Program-made: the position numbers and the translations under genes
NCBI GenBank assembly: GCA_942493315.1
Contig: OW818690.1
Coordinates: 1,714,165 to 1,778,164, forward strand
From: an uncultured Bacteroidota bacterium
Lineage (GTDB): Bacteria; Bacteroidota; Bacteroidia; Bacteroidales; WCHB1-69
Direction: 5' to 3'
DNA length: 64,000 bases
Shown here: piece by piece, positions 35,661 to 46,052 of the stretch
Position numbering within the stretch: the stretch's first letter is position 1
Layout: the number at the start of each line of letters is the position of its first letter
The notes under the pieces: generated by a model
Database searches by the model: none
Seen by the model: the letters and a program-made list of their open reading frames with translations, nothing else
What the model was told of the DNA's origin: nothing

Positions 35661-36248
35661 ATGAAGCAAAATCTATTTTTTGTTTTTCTAATTTTACTGA
35701 TTTCACTGAATTCATGCAAAAAAGCAAAGGATGTTAATCCAATTGAAGAGAAAAGTAAAATGCAATCGGAATTGATTCAATCCTATTTATCCGTTGATTC
35801 CATCCGTAAAATTGGTGTTGTGGATACCAATATTTTCCTCAATTTTGTTGATCATGCCAAAATATTTGGATTGAAATATCCGGAAGAACCTATTGTTCCT
35901 AAATATTTATTGGAAGCAGGTCGCTTTATGAAGATTATGGCAGATATTGCAGATAGACAAGAGGATAGAAAAATATATGCGAAAGAAGCCATTGAGATTT
36001 TTAACAACATTCAAAAGATATACCCTGAGTATGAAGGCGTTAAAGCTTGTATCTATTTCAGAGGTACAACTTATGACTTAATTCAGGATTATAAAAGTGC
36101 TGAAATTGAGTTTAGAGACTATATCCATAAATATCCGGATGATTCTTTATCTGTTTCTTTAAAAGAGTACTTGAACTTTGGTTTAGGAAAAACAGAAGAG
36201 GAGATCTATCAAGAGATTGTTAAAAAGAACAAATCAAGGAAAAATTAA
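35661..36248 (+). CDS. TPR-like lipoprotein
   Basis: Lipobox LNSC; helical repeats (YPEYE...IYFRGTTYD...KYPD). Confidence 0.75.
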   Translation: MKQNLFFVFLILLISLNSCKKAKDVNPIEEKSKMQSELIQSYLSVDSIRKIGVVDTNIFLNFVDHAKIFGLKYPEEPIVPKYLLEAGRFMKIMADIADRQEDRKIYAKEAIEIFNNIQKIYPEYEGVKACIYFRGTTYDLIQDYKSAEIEFRDYIHKYPDDSLSVSLKEYLNFGLGKTEEEIYQEIVKKNKSRKN

Positions 36249-36839
36249 TTTCAATTGACTTTTTAACTGAAAACTTTTTCGGTGATGAATCGTTCTGCCG
36301 TGCTGAAAAATAGCATTTTGATGCTCTTCAGTCGGATACCCCTTATTTGATTTCCAATTGTATTGAGGATATTCTTTATCCAAATTCCGCATATAGTCAT
36401 CCCTAAAAGTTTTAGCTAATATTGACGCAGCTGCAATCGATACATACTTTCCATCTCCTTTTACGATACAATGAAAAGGGATTCCGGTCTGAGTATGAAA
36501 TCGGTTTCCATCAATGAGGAGCAGTTCCGGTTTATTTGACAATTGTAAAACAGCATCATTCATCCCTTTTATGGAAGCCTGTAAAATATTAATGGAATCG
36601 ATTGTTTCTGCACTGATTTCTACAACTGCATAAGCAATAGCATCTTTAATGATCTCCTCCCTTAATTTTTCTCTTGTCTTTTCTCTAAGCTGTTTAGAAT
36701 CATTAATTTGTGAATTGATATAATCATAAGGCAAAATTACAGCAGCTGCAAACAATGAGCCGGCTAAACATCCTCTCCCGGCTTCATCACAACCACACTC
36801 AATAATACGATTTTCTGAAAAATGAGAAGCTAAAGACAT
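36234..36839 (-). CDS. rnhB: ribonuclease HII
   Basis: GCDEAGRGCLAG, INDSKQL, LLIDGN, IAAASILAK and WKSNKGYPT. Confidence 0.95.
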   Translation of the reverse strand: MSLASHFSENRIIECGCDEAGRGCLAGSLFAAAVILPYDYINSQINDSKQLREKTREKLREEIIKDAIAYAVVEISAETIDSINILQASIKGMNDAVLQLSNKPELLLIDGNRFHTQTGIPFHCIVKGDGKYVSIAAASILAKTFRDDYMRNLDKEYPQYNWKSNKGYPTEEHQNAIFQHGRTIHHRKSFQLKSQLKLIFP

Positions 36840-37789
36840 AATCCTACTAAGAAAAGTGCAACAATGATCTCGTTGATAAAAAATTTGCTTTTTAACTGAG
36901 AGAATAGACTGATTACTATTGCGAATGGGATAAAATAATACCCGGTAAATTGAAATATCGTACAGTTTGAAATGAGAAATGTAGTAAATAAAATTAAAAT
37001 CAAAGCATTAAATGTGATGATTTTTTTTCTGAGTACAATCACTTTGTTATCATAAAATTTATTGATGCTAAAAACAATAAATAGAAAAATGAAAATATTT
37101 AATGGGATAAAAACCCATTGGAATATGGATAATTTGATTGGTTGTCTGAAAATGGAAAATAGTTGAATTTGTTTAAAATTAGTAAATAAAATATCCAATT
37201 GATCAAAGAAAAAGAAAAAGGATAGTATAAATATAAGAACTGTTAATAATCCCATTAAAGCAATATATAAATCTTTAGGATTAATTACAGTGTTGATAAT
37301 CATAGCAATGATTAAAAATAAAATTAAAAATATGGCAGATGGATCAAACAGAACCGCAATTCCAATCAGAATACCGGAATAAAAAATATTACTTTTTGAA
37401 TTAAATCTGAAATAATAGTCGTTGATTACCAATATTAATATGATAAAAAAATTGGTAAATAAAATGGGAGTGACGGGTGTTAATGATCGTGTTAATAGCA
37501 ATACGGAAACATAAACAATTGAGGGAATAATCGATGGTTTTTGAGAAAATTTATTGTTAGAATAGTAAATCTGAATAAACAGTAGGGTTAATAAAATAAT
37601 AAAAGAAACAATTATTTTATAAGCAATTATTGATTTTTCGGCAATCTGATAAATAAAGTTAAAAAAAACGGGAAATCCTATCGGCTCTTTTGGTATTTGA
37701 ATATTGATGATTTGATATCCTAAAATCAAAAGCCCAACAGCCAATAAAAACCATTGAAAAATGATATTTTTATTTAAAATTTTAAACAT
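36830..37789 (-). CDS. polytopic membrane protein (DUF6427-like)
   Basis: Multiple TM segments; start moved to ATG 37789, downstream of a TATTTTTG box at 37804-37811. Confidence 0.75.
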   Translation of the reverse strand: MFKILNKNIIFQWFLLAVGLLILGYQIINIQIPKEPIGFPVFFNFIYQIAEKSIIAYKIIVSFIILLTLLFIQIYYSNNKFSQKPSIIPSIVYVSVLLLTRSLTPVTPILFTNFFIILILVINDYYFRFNSKSNIFYSGILIGIAVLFDPSAIFLILFLIIAMIINTVINPKDLYIALMGLLTVLIFILSFFFFFDQLDILFTNFKQIQLFSIFRQPIKLSIFQWVFIPLNIFIFLFIVFSINKFYDNKVIVLRKKIITFNALILILFTTFLISNCTIFQFTGYYFIPFAIVISLFSQLKSKFFINEIIVALFLVGLCL

Positions 37790-37898
37790 TCTATTATTTT
37801 TTGCAAAAATATGAAAAACCATTCAATTTTTTTAAAATATAGAATTGAAAAAAGTTGTAATTTAGCAGATTAATTTGAAATCTAAACAATTTATTTCA

Positions 37899-39764
37899 AT
37901 GTCTTGTAAATTAAATTCTTATCTATTGTTCATCCTTTTAGTTTGGTTTGTTATACCTACACAAGGACAATCAGATTCAAATGAACAACTTAAGGATTCA
38001 ACCATAACTTTATCTCCTGAATATCTTCCCGTTTATACAGCCCCGGTTAAACAACATTTTTTCTATCCATTACAGTATGAATTGATTGATACACAAATGG
38101 TTGAAGTAAACCATTATTCACCGACTCTTCATTCCGAAAATATTTACCAAACACTGGGAATCTTTGGACAGGCTCATCAAACCATGATTTTTGATTTTTC
38201 AAGATCCATGGGATTTCAATATATCCGATATCCTTATCCATTATTGTTTAAAACACAAGATGATTTGCTAAGTTATAAATTAGAAACCTCCTATACAAAA
38301 ATTGGCTATTTTTATGGGTTTTCTGATGAAAATGCCTTGCAAGTTAATTTTGCTCAAAATGTAAAAAATGCAATTGTATCTATAAATATAATGGCTAATA
38401 GCAATGTTGGTTATTATGTACATCAGGAAACTCAGGGAATTGTTGGGGATGCACAGATTCAATACTTGTTACCTAATAAAAAATATGGATTTAGAGCAAG
38501 TTATATCATCAATAGAACTGCTAATAACGAGAATAATGGATTAGCCAATACAGGAGGGAGACTCGACACTATACAAGATCCGGAAGCTTATCCAGTTAAT
38601 TCCAGTAATGGTGTTATGCATGTTTTAACTCAAGATATGAATTGGCAACATTTTTATACCATTAAAACTAAAACATTAAACTTAGGAACTATAACACATA
38701 ATGCACAATTTCAGACTATTACATCTAGTTTTTTTGATTTTCTGGACACCAATGCCTTGTCTCAAATCTACACATTTGCATCCGATTCCACTTTTGATAC
38801 TTTAAGTTGTTATAAGATTGTTAATTCTATACAATGGTCCAATTTTACTCCTTTTACTCCTATCAGTACAGCCAATAATTTCATAAAAGTGGCAACAGGT
38901 ATCATGCATGAATATTTTGAAGATCGTAGGACTTACTACTCTTTTCACTCATTTACCCCTTTTGTCAGAGGGAATATCAGATTGATCAAAAATGTGGATC
39001 TTTATGGTAATTTTTCTTACTCTTTCGGAGGGTATATCCATAATGATGCGATTGCAAATCTGTCCGGAGAATGGAAATTTCCCCAATTAAAATTCACAGT
39101 TGGATTACAGACTGACTTTTATCGGGTTTCACCTGATTATATCTATACCCGTTTTCAATCCAATCACTTTCAATGGGATACCACTTTTAAAAAACAAAAT
39201 ATTGCCATCTTAGGAGCTTATATAAAATTCAAAGAGTTTAAGTTTACTGCCAAAATTTTCCTTTTAGATCAACTCGTGCTCTTTGGACCCGAAATGACTC
39301 CTATCCAATTGACACAATTTTCAAGATTGGTACAACTTGATCTGTATGTACCATTTAGATATAAAGGATTTGGAATCACTACCCATTTAACTTTACAAAA
39401 TGCTTCTTCAGATACCATTCAGGTTCCCCTTTTATCTGGGAAAATGAACCTTTTCTATATTTTTGATATTTTTAAACGAAAATTAAAACTCCAGTTAGGC
39501 GTTGATGTGATGTATAATACTACCTATTATGCTAACGGTTATTCTCCTGCCATCTATTCCTTCTATTATCAAAACTCAGCCCAAATTGGAAATTATTGGT
39601 TTGTAGACGCTCATGCAACTCTAAGAATATCAAGACTATACGTTTTTGCAAGAATTGGAAACTTGTTATCTCCTTTTCAAAATAACAATATGTTTACCAC
39701 TCCGGGATATCCTGTCAAAAATTTTGTAGTCAACTTGGGTGTTAACTGGAGATTTCACGATTAA
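37899..39764 (+). CDS. putative outer-membrane porin (Bacteroidota Porin_10-like)
   Basis: Signal peptide; QTLGIFGQA, C-terminal YVFARIGNL...PGYP...LGVNWRFHD. Confidence 0.8.
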   Translation: MSCKLNSYLLFILLVWFVIPTQGQSDSNEQLKDSTITLSPEYLPVYTAPVKQHFFYPLQYELIDTQMVEVNHYSPTLHSENIYQTLGIFGQAHQTMIFDFSRSMGFQYIRYPYPLLFKTQDDLLSYKLETSYTKIGYFYGFSDENALQVNFAQNVKNAIVSINIMANSNVGYYVHQETQGIVGDAQIQYLLPNKKYGFRASYIINRTANNENNGLANTGGRLDTIQDPEAYPVNSSNGVMHVLTQDMNWQHFYTIKTKTLNLGTITHNAQFQTITSSFFDFLDTNALSQIYTFASDSTFDTLSCYKIVNSIQWSNFTPFTPISTANNFIKVATGIMHEYFEDRRTYYSFHSFTPFVRGNIRLIKNVDLYGNFSYSFGGYIHNDAIANLSGEWKFPQLKFTVGLQTDFYRVSPDYIYTRFQSNHFQWDTTFKKQNIAILGAYIKFKEFKFTAKIFLLDQLVLFGPEMTPIQLTQFSRLVQLDLYVPFRYKGFGITTHLTLQNASSDTIQVPLLSGKMNLFYIFDIFKRKLKLQLGVDVMYNTTYYANGYSPAIYSFYYQNSAQIGNYWFVDAHATLRISRLYVFARIGNLLSPFQNNNMFTTPGYPVKNFVVNLGVNWRFHD

Positions 39765-39775
39765 AAAATATCATT

Positions 39776-41128
39776 ATGAAATTTAGAATTGAAAAAGATA
39801 CTCTAGGTGATGTGCAAATTCCATTAGATGCCTTATGGGGTGCACAAACCCAAAGATCTGTGGAAAACTTTCATATTGCCAATGAAAAGATGCCTTATCC
39901 GGTTATTCGGTCACTAATAGAAGTGAAAAGAGCTGCTGCAAAAGCAAATTTTGAATGTGGTGTTCTTCCGGCTGAAAGAGTTCAGATGATAGAATTAACT
40001 TCATTGGAATTGCTTAAAGATCAATATGTTGATTCGTTTCCATTATGTGTATGGCAAACAGGTTCCGGTACCCAAACCAATATGAATGTCAATGAGGTGA
40101 TAGCAAATCTCGCATTGCAATTGTTCCCGGATGCTGCCAAATTGTCTACAAACGATGAGGTTAACAAATCACAATCCACTAATGATGTGTTCCCCACAGC
40201 CATGAGAATAGCTACTGTTGATGGAGTTGTAAATCAGTTATTTCCGGCTTTAGAGAAATTAATAACATCATTTAAACAAAAACAGGCTGATTTTGCAGAG
40301 ATTAAAAAAATTGGTAGAACGCACTTGATGGATGCCACTCCTTTGACTTTAGGAGATGAATTTTCCGCTTTTGTATCTCAATTAGAGCACTCTTTAGATG
40401 CGATTCAACATGGAATGGCTCATTTATATGAATTACCTACCGGAGGAACAGCTGTTGGAAATGGAATCAATACACCAAAAGGGTATGATCAAAAAGTAGT
40501 AACCATCATAGCAGAAAACCTAAACTTGCCTTTTATCCCGGCTTCCAATAAATTTGAAGCGATGGCTTCTCACGATTCATTTGTGGAACTTTCAGGGTCT
40601 CTAAAAAGATTGGCTGTTTCTCTGATGAAAATCGGAAACGATATCAGATTGCTCTCGTCAGGCCCAAGATGTGGAATAGGGGAGATCACTATCCCTGAAA
40701 ATGAACCCGGTTCCTCTATTATGCCCGGCAAAGTGAATCCTACTCAAAGTGAAGCACTTACCATGGTTTGCTGTCAAGTGATTGGAAATGATTCAGCAAT
40801 CACAACAGGAGCTTTACAAGGTCACTTACAATTGAATGTTTTTATGCCTCTCATCGTTAAAAATATCCTTCACTCCATTACCCTTTTATCAGATGCTATG
40901 GTTTCCTTTGGTGATAAATGTGTTATCGGGATTAAACCAAATTTACCCATAATTGATCATTATTTAAAAAATTCACTTATGCTGGTTACAGCATTAAATC
41001 CCCATATTGGCTACTATAATGCTGCTAAAATTGCACAACATGCTCATAAAAATGGTTTAACATTAAGAGAAGCGGCCATAGAATTAAATCTTTTAACAGG
41101 AGAACAATTCGATCAATTAATGAATTAA
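39776..41128 (+). CDS. fumC: class II fumarate hydratase
   Basis: WGAQTQRS, QTGSGTQTNMNVNEV, GRTHLMDATP and GSSIMPGKVNP. Confidence 0.95.
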   Translation: MKFRIEKDTLGDVQIPLDALWGAQTQRSVENFHIANEKMPYPVIRSLIEVKRAAAKANFECGVLPAERVQMIELTSLELLKDQYVDSFPLCVWQTGSGTQTNMNVNEVIANLALQLFPDAAKLSTNDEVNKSQSTNDVFPTAMRIATVDGVVNQLFPALEKLITSFKQKQADFAEIKKIGRTHLMDATPLTLGDEFSAFVSQLEHSLDAIQHGMAHLYELPTGGTAVGNGINTPKGYDQKVVTIIAENLNLPFIPASNKFEAMASHDSFVELSGSLKRLAVSLMKIGNDIRLLSSGPRCGIGEITIPENEPGSSIMPGKVNPTQSEALTMVCCQVIGNDSAITTGALQGHLQLNVFMPLIVKNILHSITLLSDAMVSFGDKCVIGIKPNLPIIDHYLKNSLMLVTALNPHIGYYNAAKIAQHAHKNGLTLREAAIELNLLTGEQFDQLMN

Positions 41129-41152
41129 TAATTAATATTACAATACATTACA

Positions 41153-42610
41153 ATGGAAAATAAACAATTTATCAACTTAGACAATATCACTGATTTACTT
41201 CCTAAAGAGTTTACTGAAGAACAAATTGCTAAATCTAAAACCTTGTTTTTTAAAGAGATGGCTTTAGCAATGCACCAGTTTTATGGTGGCAAAATGCAAA
41301 CCCTTCCTAAAGCTCCGATTTATGGTTTTAATTGGTTTAATGTGTGGTACACTCCCGGTGTTTCGGCTGTTTCAACTACAATCAGGGATGATAACGACAC
41401 TTCGTTCCAATTGAGTAATCGTAAAAATATCGTAGCAGTGGTTAGTGATTCCACAAGAGTTTTGGGTGATGGTGATTGTACACCTTCCGGAGGACTTGGA
41501 GTAATGGAAGGGAAGGCGATGTTGATGAAATATTTGGGAGGAGTGGATGCTGTTCCCCTTTGTATCAATAGTAAAGATGCCAATGGAGAACCCGATCCTG
41601 ATAAAATTATTGAATTTGTCAAAATGGTACAACCCAGTTTCGGAGCCATTAATTTAGAAGATATTTCTCAACCCAACTGTTTTAAAGTGCTTGATGTTCT
41701 TAGAAAAGAGTGTGATATTCCTGTATGGCACGATGACGCTCAGGGAACAGCCTGTGTAACTTTAGCAGGTGTTATCAACGCCCTTAAATTGGTAGGTAAA
41801 AAAATGTCTGAAATCAAAGTGGTTTTATATGGAGCCGGCGCTTCTAATACCAGTATTGCCAGATTAATGATCACTGATGGCGTGGATCCTAAGAAAATTA
41901 TCATGTTTGATAGTAAGACAACCTTACATATCAACAACGAAAGATATAAAAATGATCCTCGCTTTTATGTACAGTGGAATTTGTGTCAGATTACCAATCC
42001 GGATTGTGTGACTGAACCGGAAGAAGCGTTTAAAGATGCCGATGTTTTGGTAGCTTTATCCAAACCGGGTCCCGATACCATTAAACCGGAGTGGATCCGA
42101 TTGATGGCTGAAAAACCAATTGTATTTGTTTGTGCCAATCCTGTTCCTGAAATATATCCTTATCAGGCCAAAGAAGCCGGAGCTTATATTGTGGCAACCG
42201 GAAGAGGCGATTTTCCTAATCAAGTGAATAACTCCGTATGTTTTCCGTCTATTTTAAAAGGTACATTGTTGGTGTCTGCTAGAAAAATTACCGATACAAT
42301 GGCTATAAAAGCAGCGCACTCCATTGCTGAGTTTGCTGAAAACAGAGGAATCACTATTGATAATATTATGCCCAATATGCTCGAATGGGAATTGTTTCCC
42401 AAAGTAGCTGCAGATGTGGCCATGCAAGCAATCAAAGAGGGTGTTGCATTAAAAAACCTAACCTGGGATGAAGTGTATCAGGAAGCTAAACAAGATATTA
42501 TGGATACTCATGAAATTACCCAAATACTTCAGGACAAAGAATTTATAAAACCTATTTCTGATGAAATTGTGATCAACATCATGAATAAAGTGATCCAAAA
42601 AGTACAATAA
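41153..42610 (+). CDS. NAD(P)-dependent malic enzyme (no PTA domain)
   Basis: YTPGV, VMEGKAMLMKYLGG, INLEDI, WHDDAQGTA, ANPVPEI and GRGDFPNQVNN. Confidence 0.92.
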   Translation: MENKQFINLDNITDLLPKEFTEEQIAKSKTLFFKEMALAMHQFYGGKMQTLPKAPIYGFNWFNVWYTPGVSAVSTTIRDDNDTSFQLSNRKNIVAVVSDSTRVLGDGDCTPSGGLGVMEGKAMLMKYLGGVDAVPLCINSKDANGEPDPDKIIEFVKMVQPSFGAINLEDISQPNCFKVLDVLRKECDIPVWHDDAQGTACVTLAGVINALKLVGKKMSEIKVVLYGAGASNTSIARLMITDGVDPKKIIMFDSKTTLHINNERYKNDPRFYVQWNLCQITNPDCVTEPEEAFKDADVLVALSKPGPDTIKPEWIRLMAEKPIVFVCANPVPEIYPYQAKEAGAYIVATGRGDFPNQVNNSVCFPSILKGTLLVSARKITDTMAIKAAHSIAEFAENRGITIDNIMPNMLEWELFPKVAADVAMQAIKEGVALKNLTWDEVYQEAKQDIMDTHEITQILQDKEFIKPISDEIVINIMNKVIQKVQ

Positions 42611-43200
42611 TGAAAAGATTAAGTTTAGTTTCTTTCTTGTTTTTATTCTTAAATATTATGTCAATGATGAATACCAATGCCCAAAATGATACTTTTAAAG
42701 AGATCTCCATTAGAGAACTGAATCAAAATGTGGTTAAATTGATCGCAGACGACTGGATGTTAATTACTGCCGGGCAAATCGATTCTTGTAATATGATGAC
42801 TGCCAGTTGGGGTGGAATCGGTAATCTTTGGAATGAACCGGTTGCCTTTATTTTTATTCGCCCTCAAAGATATACTTATCAATTTACTGAAAAAGAGGAG
42901 TACTTTACGCTCACTTTTTTTGAAGAGAAAGATCGCTCCATTTTGAACTTTTGTGGTTCAACTTCCGGCAAATTTGTGAATAAAATTTCCGAAACAGGAC
43001 TGATTCCAATCGAAACAGAATTGGGAAATGTTTATTACAAACAAGCGCGTTTAGTTATTGAATGTAAAAAGGTATATTCAGATAATATTGAATATCAAGG
43101 ATTTGTAGATAAAAGTATTCCCGAATCGGTGTATCCCAAGAACGATTTTCATAAAATGTATATCGGAAAAATTATTAAAGTTCTAATACGTGAAAATTAA
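42610..43200 (+). CDS. flavin reductase-like protein with N-terminal signal
   Basis: DDWMLITAG, NMMTASWGG, RPQRYT, GSTSGK and FHKMYIG; TAATG-coupled. Confidence 0.85.
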   Translation: MKRLSLVSFLFLFLNIMSMMNTNAQNDTFKEISIRELNQNVVKLIADDWMLITAGQIDSCNMMTASWGGIGNLWNEPVAFIFIRPQRYTYQFTEKEEYFTLTFFEEKDRSILNFCGSTSGKFVNKISETGLIPIETELGNVYYKQARLVIECKKVYSDNIEYQGFVDKSIPESVYPKNDFHKMYIGKIIKVLIREN

Positions 43201-43211
43201 AAATTATTTTA

Positions 43212-43219
43212 TATCTTTG
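43212..43219 (+). promoter_or_regulatory. -7 promoter box for mutA
   Basis: TATCTTTG; supports a start at ATG 43261. Confidence 0.6.
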
Positions 43220-43260
43220 CAGCCTGATTGTGTCCTAATTTTTTAGCACTAATAAAACTT

Positions 43261-45108
43261 ATGAGTAACCAAAATTTGTTTCAACAGTTTCCTGAAGTCT
43301 CTACCCAAGAATGGGAGGGGTTGATCATGAAAGATCTCAAGGGTGCCGACTACAACAAAAAGTTGGTTTGGCACACTGATGAGGGATTTGATGTTCGTCC
43401 TTATTATAGAGCTGAAGATCTGTTGAATATCTCATATTTAGACTCACTACCTAATGAATTTCCTTATACCAGAGGGTATAAAACTCATACAAATGATTGG
43501 GAAATTGTTCAGGAAATTACCGAAAAAGATCCAAAAAAAGCGAATCTAATTGCAATTGATGCTTTAACCAGAGGCGCTAATATGATTGCATTTAATAGTG
43601 CAGATATCACTACAGCTTCTGATATGGAGTTGCTTTTAAACGGTATTGATCTTGAAAAAAATGGAGTGCAATTTAATCATTCCAAATCTTATATTGAACT
43701 AGTTAAGCTTTTTGTAGCTTATATTGATAAAAACAATTTTAATAAAGAAACAATCATCGGAGCGATTAACTTTGATGCAATTGTTTTTGCATTAAAACAA
43801 GGTAAATTTTACCGTTCTAAACAAGAAGATCTTGATCAGGTAAGTGAATTACTTCAATTAACTAAAGATCTTAAAAAGTTCAGAATTATAAACGTAAACG
43901 GGTTGGCATTGCATAACGCCGGAGCAACTATTATTCAGGAATTAGGATATGCACTCGGTATTGCCGGGGAATATATCGCTTACCTTTCTGAAAAAGGGGT
44001 TCCTGTTCATGAAATTACCAGTAAATTACAGTTTACCCTTTCAGTTGGCACTAACTATTTCATGGAAATAGCTAAAATTAGAGCCATCAGATTACTTTGG
44101 TCAACAATTGTTGATCAATATAATCCACAGTCTGATTGTGCTTATCAGCTAAAAATCAATACAGTTGCTTCTTCATGGAATAAAACCTTGTATGATCCTT
44201 ATGTTAACATATTAAGATCAACAACTGAGGGAATGGCTGCCGCTATTGGTGGAGCTGACTCTATTGCATTGAAACCATTTGATATGGTTTACAAACAAGA
44301 AGATGACTTTTCTTCCAGAATCAGCAGAAATATCCAGGTAATTCTTAAAAAAGAATCTTACTTTGATGAAGTTGTTGATCCTGCTGCAGGTTCTTACTAT
44401 ATCGAAAATTTAACCAATTCTATTGCTGAATATGCATGGAAATTATTCCAACATGTTGAAAAAAATGGTGGTATGATCGCTTTGGTTGAAAATGGTGAGG
44501 TTAAAGCAGAAATATTACAAAGCTGTAATAAAAGAAATATGGATATAGCGACCCGTAAATATATTTTATTGGGAACCAATCAATATCCAAATACTAATGA
44601 GATGATGCTTGACAAAATGGAAAGATCTTGTGATTCCGATTCATCCGGATTACAATCTTACCGTGGCGCTAAAGCATTTGAAGATTTAAGAATCGCAACT
44701 GAACTGTTTGCAAAAGTAAATGAAAGACCAAAAGTGTTCTTGTTCAAAATTGGCAACTTAGCTATGAGACAAGCAAGAGCAGGTTTTATCACTAACTTTT
44801 TCGGATGTTCCGGTTACGAAATTATTGATAATGACGGTTTTAATACCATTGAAGAGGGTATTGAAGCTGCAAAAAATGCACAGGCCAATGTTATTGTAAT
44901 GTGCAGTTCTGATGAAGAGTATGCTAATTTAGGTGTTAAAGCGGCTCAATTATCCAAAGAAAAAATGCAAAATGCACTCTTTGTGATTGCCGGTTACCCT
45001 TCAGAATGCATCGAAACTCTAAAATCTGCAGGTACTAATGATTTTATTCATGTAAAAGTGAATGTATTGGAAACCCTCAGAAGATATAACGAGTTACTCC
45101 TAAATTAG
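43261..45108 (+). CDS. mutA: methylmalonyl-CoA mutase small subunit
   Basis: LFQQFPEVSTQEW...KDLKGADYNKKL, HNAGA, DPYVNILRSTTE, DPAAGSYYIE and CSSDEEY; lacks the DxH B12 ligand. Confidence 0.9.
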   Translation: MSNQNLFQQFPEVSTQEWEGLIMKDLKGADYNKKLVWHTDEGFDVRPYYRAEDLLNISYLDSLPNEFPYTRGYKTHTNDWEIVQEITEKDPKKANLIAIDALTRGANMIAFNSADITTASDMELLLNGIDLEKNGVQFNHSKSYIELVKLFVAYIDKNNFNKETIIGAINFDAIVFALKQGKFYRSKQEDLDQVSELLQLTKDLKKFRIINVNGLALHNAGATIIQELGYALGIAGEYIAYLSEKGVPVHEITSKLQFTLSVGTNYFMEIAKIRAIRLLWSTIVDQYNPQSDCAYQLKINTVASSWNKTLYDPYVNILRSTTEGMAAAIGGADSIALKPFDMVYKQEDDFSSRISRNIQVILKKESYFDEVVDPAAGSYYIENLTNSIAEYAWKLFQHVEKNGGMIALVENGEVKAEILQSCNKRNMDIATRKYILLGTNQYPNTNEMMLDKMERSCDSDSSGLQSYRGAKAFEDLRIATELFAKVNERPKVFLFKIGNLAMRQARAGFITNFFGCSGYEIIDNDGFNTIEEGIEAAKNAQANVIVMCSSDEEYANLGVKAAQLSKEKMQNALFVIAGYPSECIETLKSAGTNDFIHVKVNVLETLRRYNELLLN

Positions 45109-45114
45109 AACGTT

Positions 45115-46002
45115 GTGAAGGCTATCCACCTGTTAAAGGTAATAGTATATTTTTATTTTATTTCTCTGTGTGTAGCCTGCCGCTCCCCCCAAAAGGAGTC
45201 GGCGGGCTTCTTTTTAGAAGTTCAAGATTCGTATAATAGAACGGTAACCCTTGAAAAAGAGCCACTTAGAATTGTTTCCCTCTCACCGGCAATAACCGAA
45301 CTCATTTTTCTACTTGAGTCGGAACAAAAATTAGTTGCCGTTTCTGAATTTTGTAAATACCCTCCTGAAACCGATAAAATCCCCAAAACAGGAGGCCTCG
45401 TTCAAATTAATATTGAAAAATTACTCTCGTATAATCCAGACCTTGTACTTATTGGATCCATTATCTCTAAAGCCGATGTGGATAAGATGGAAAAATCAGG
45501 AATCAAAGTGATTGCAATAAAAGAGGAAAATGAAATTACCGGAATATACTCTGCAATCCAAAAATTGGGAAAAATATTGAATCAGGAGGATTTGTCTGTT
45601 CAAAAAGTTATTGAACTTAAACAGCAAATGTCCCAAATTAAAATAGATACAACAAAAAAAAGAAAATCTGTTTATTATATTGTGGGATATGGACCAGCAG
45701 GCGACTTTACAGCACCCAAAAACACCCACATTCATGATATGATCATACGCGCCGGAGGAAGAAATGTTGGTGAAAAACTAAAAACATGGAGCGTGAGCAG
45801 AGAGTTCCTTTTTGATGAAAATCCTGACCTTATTTTTGTCAGAAAAGAAGATTTCCAATATTTTGTAACCACATACCCCTATACCGAACTTCAAGCAGTA
45901 AAAAATAAAAGAACCTATCCCATTGAATCAGGATGGATCGATGTAATATCACCACGTAATATTTTAGCGATCCGACTGATCAACCAAAAGTTAATGGAAT
46001 AG
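45115..46002 (+). CDS. ABC substrate-binding lipoprotein, BtuF-like
   Basis: Lipobox CVAC, QDSYNRTV, RIVSLSPAITE and NIEKLLSYNPDLV. Confidence 0.82.
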   Translation: MKAIHLLKVIVYFYFISLCVACRSPQKESAGFFLEVQDSYNRTVTLEKEPLRIVSLSPAITELIFLLESEQKLVAVSEFCKYPPETDKIPKTGGLVQINIEKLLSYNPDLVLIGSIISKADVDKMEKSGIKVIAIKEENEITGIYSAIQKLGKILNQEDLSVQKVIELKQQMSQIKIDTTKKRKSVYYIVGYGPAGDFTAPKNTHIHDMIIRAGGRNVGEKLKTWSVSREFLFDENPDLIFVRKEDFQYFVTTYPYTELQAVKNKRTYPIESGWIDVISPRNILAIRLINQKLME

Positions 46003-46052
46003 ATTCATCTCTATTAGAATCTATTATTGTTTAATCATTTAAAGTTGAAAAA

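Noticed and set aside
41320-42435. Several minus-strand ORFs inside the malic enzyme gene
   Set aside because: Shadow ORFs caused by codon bias of the real gene.
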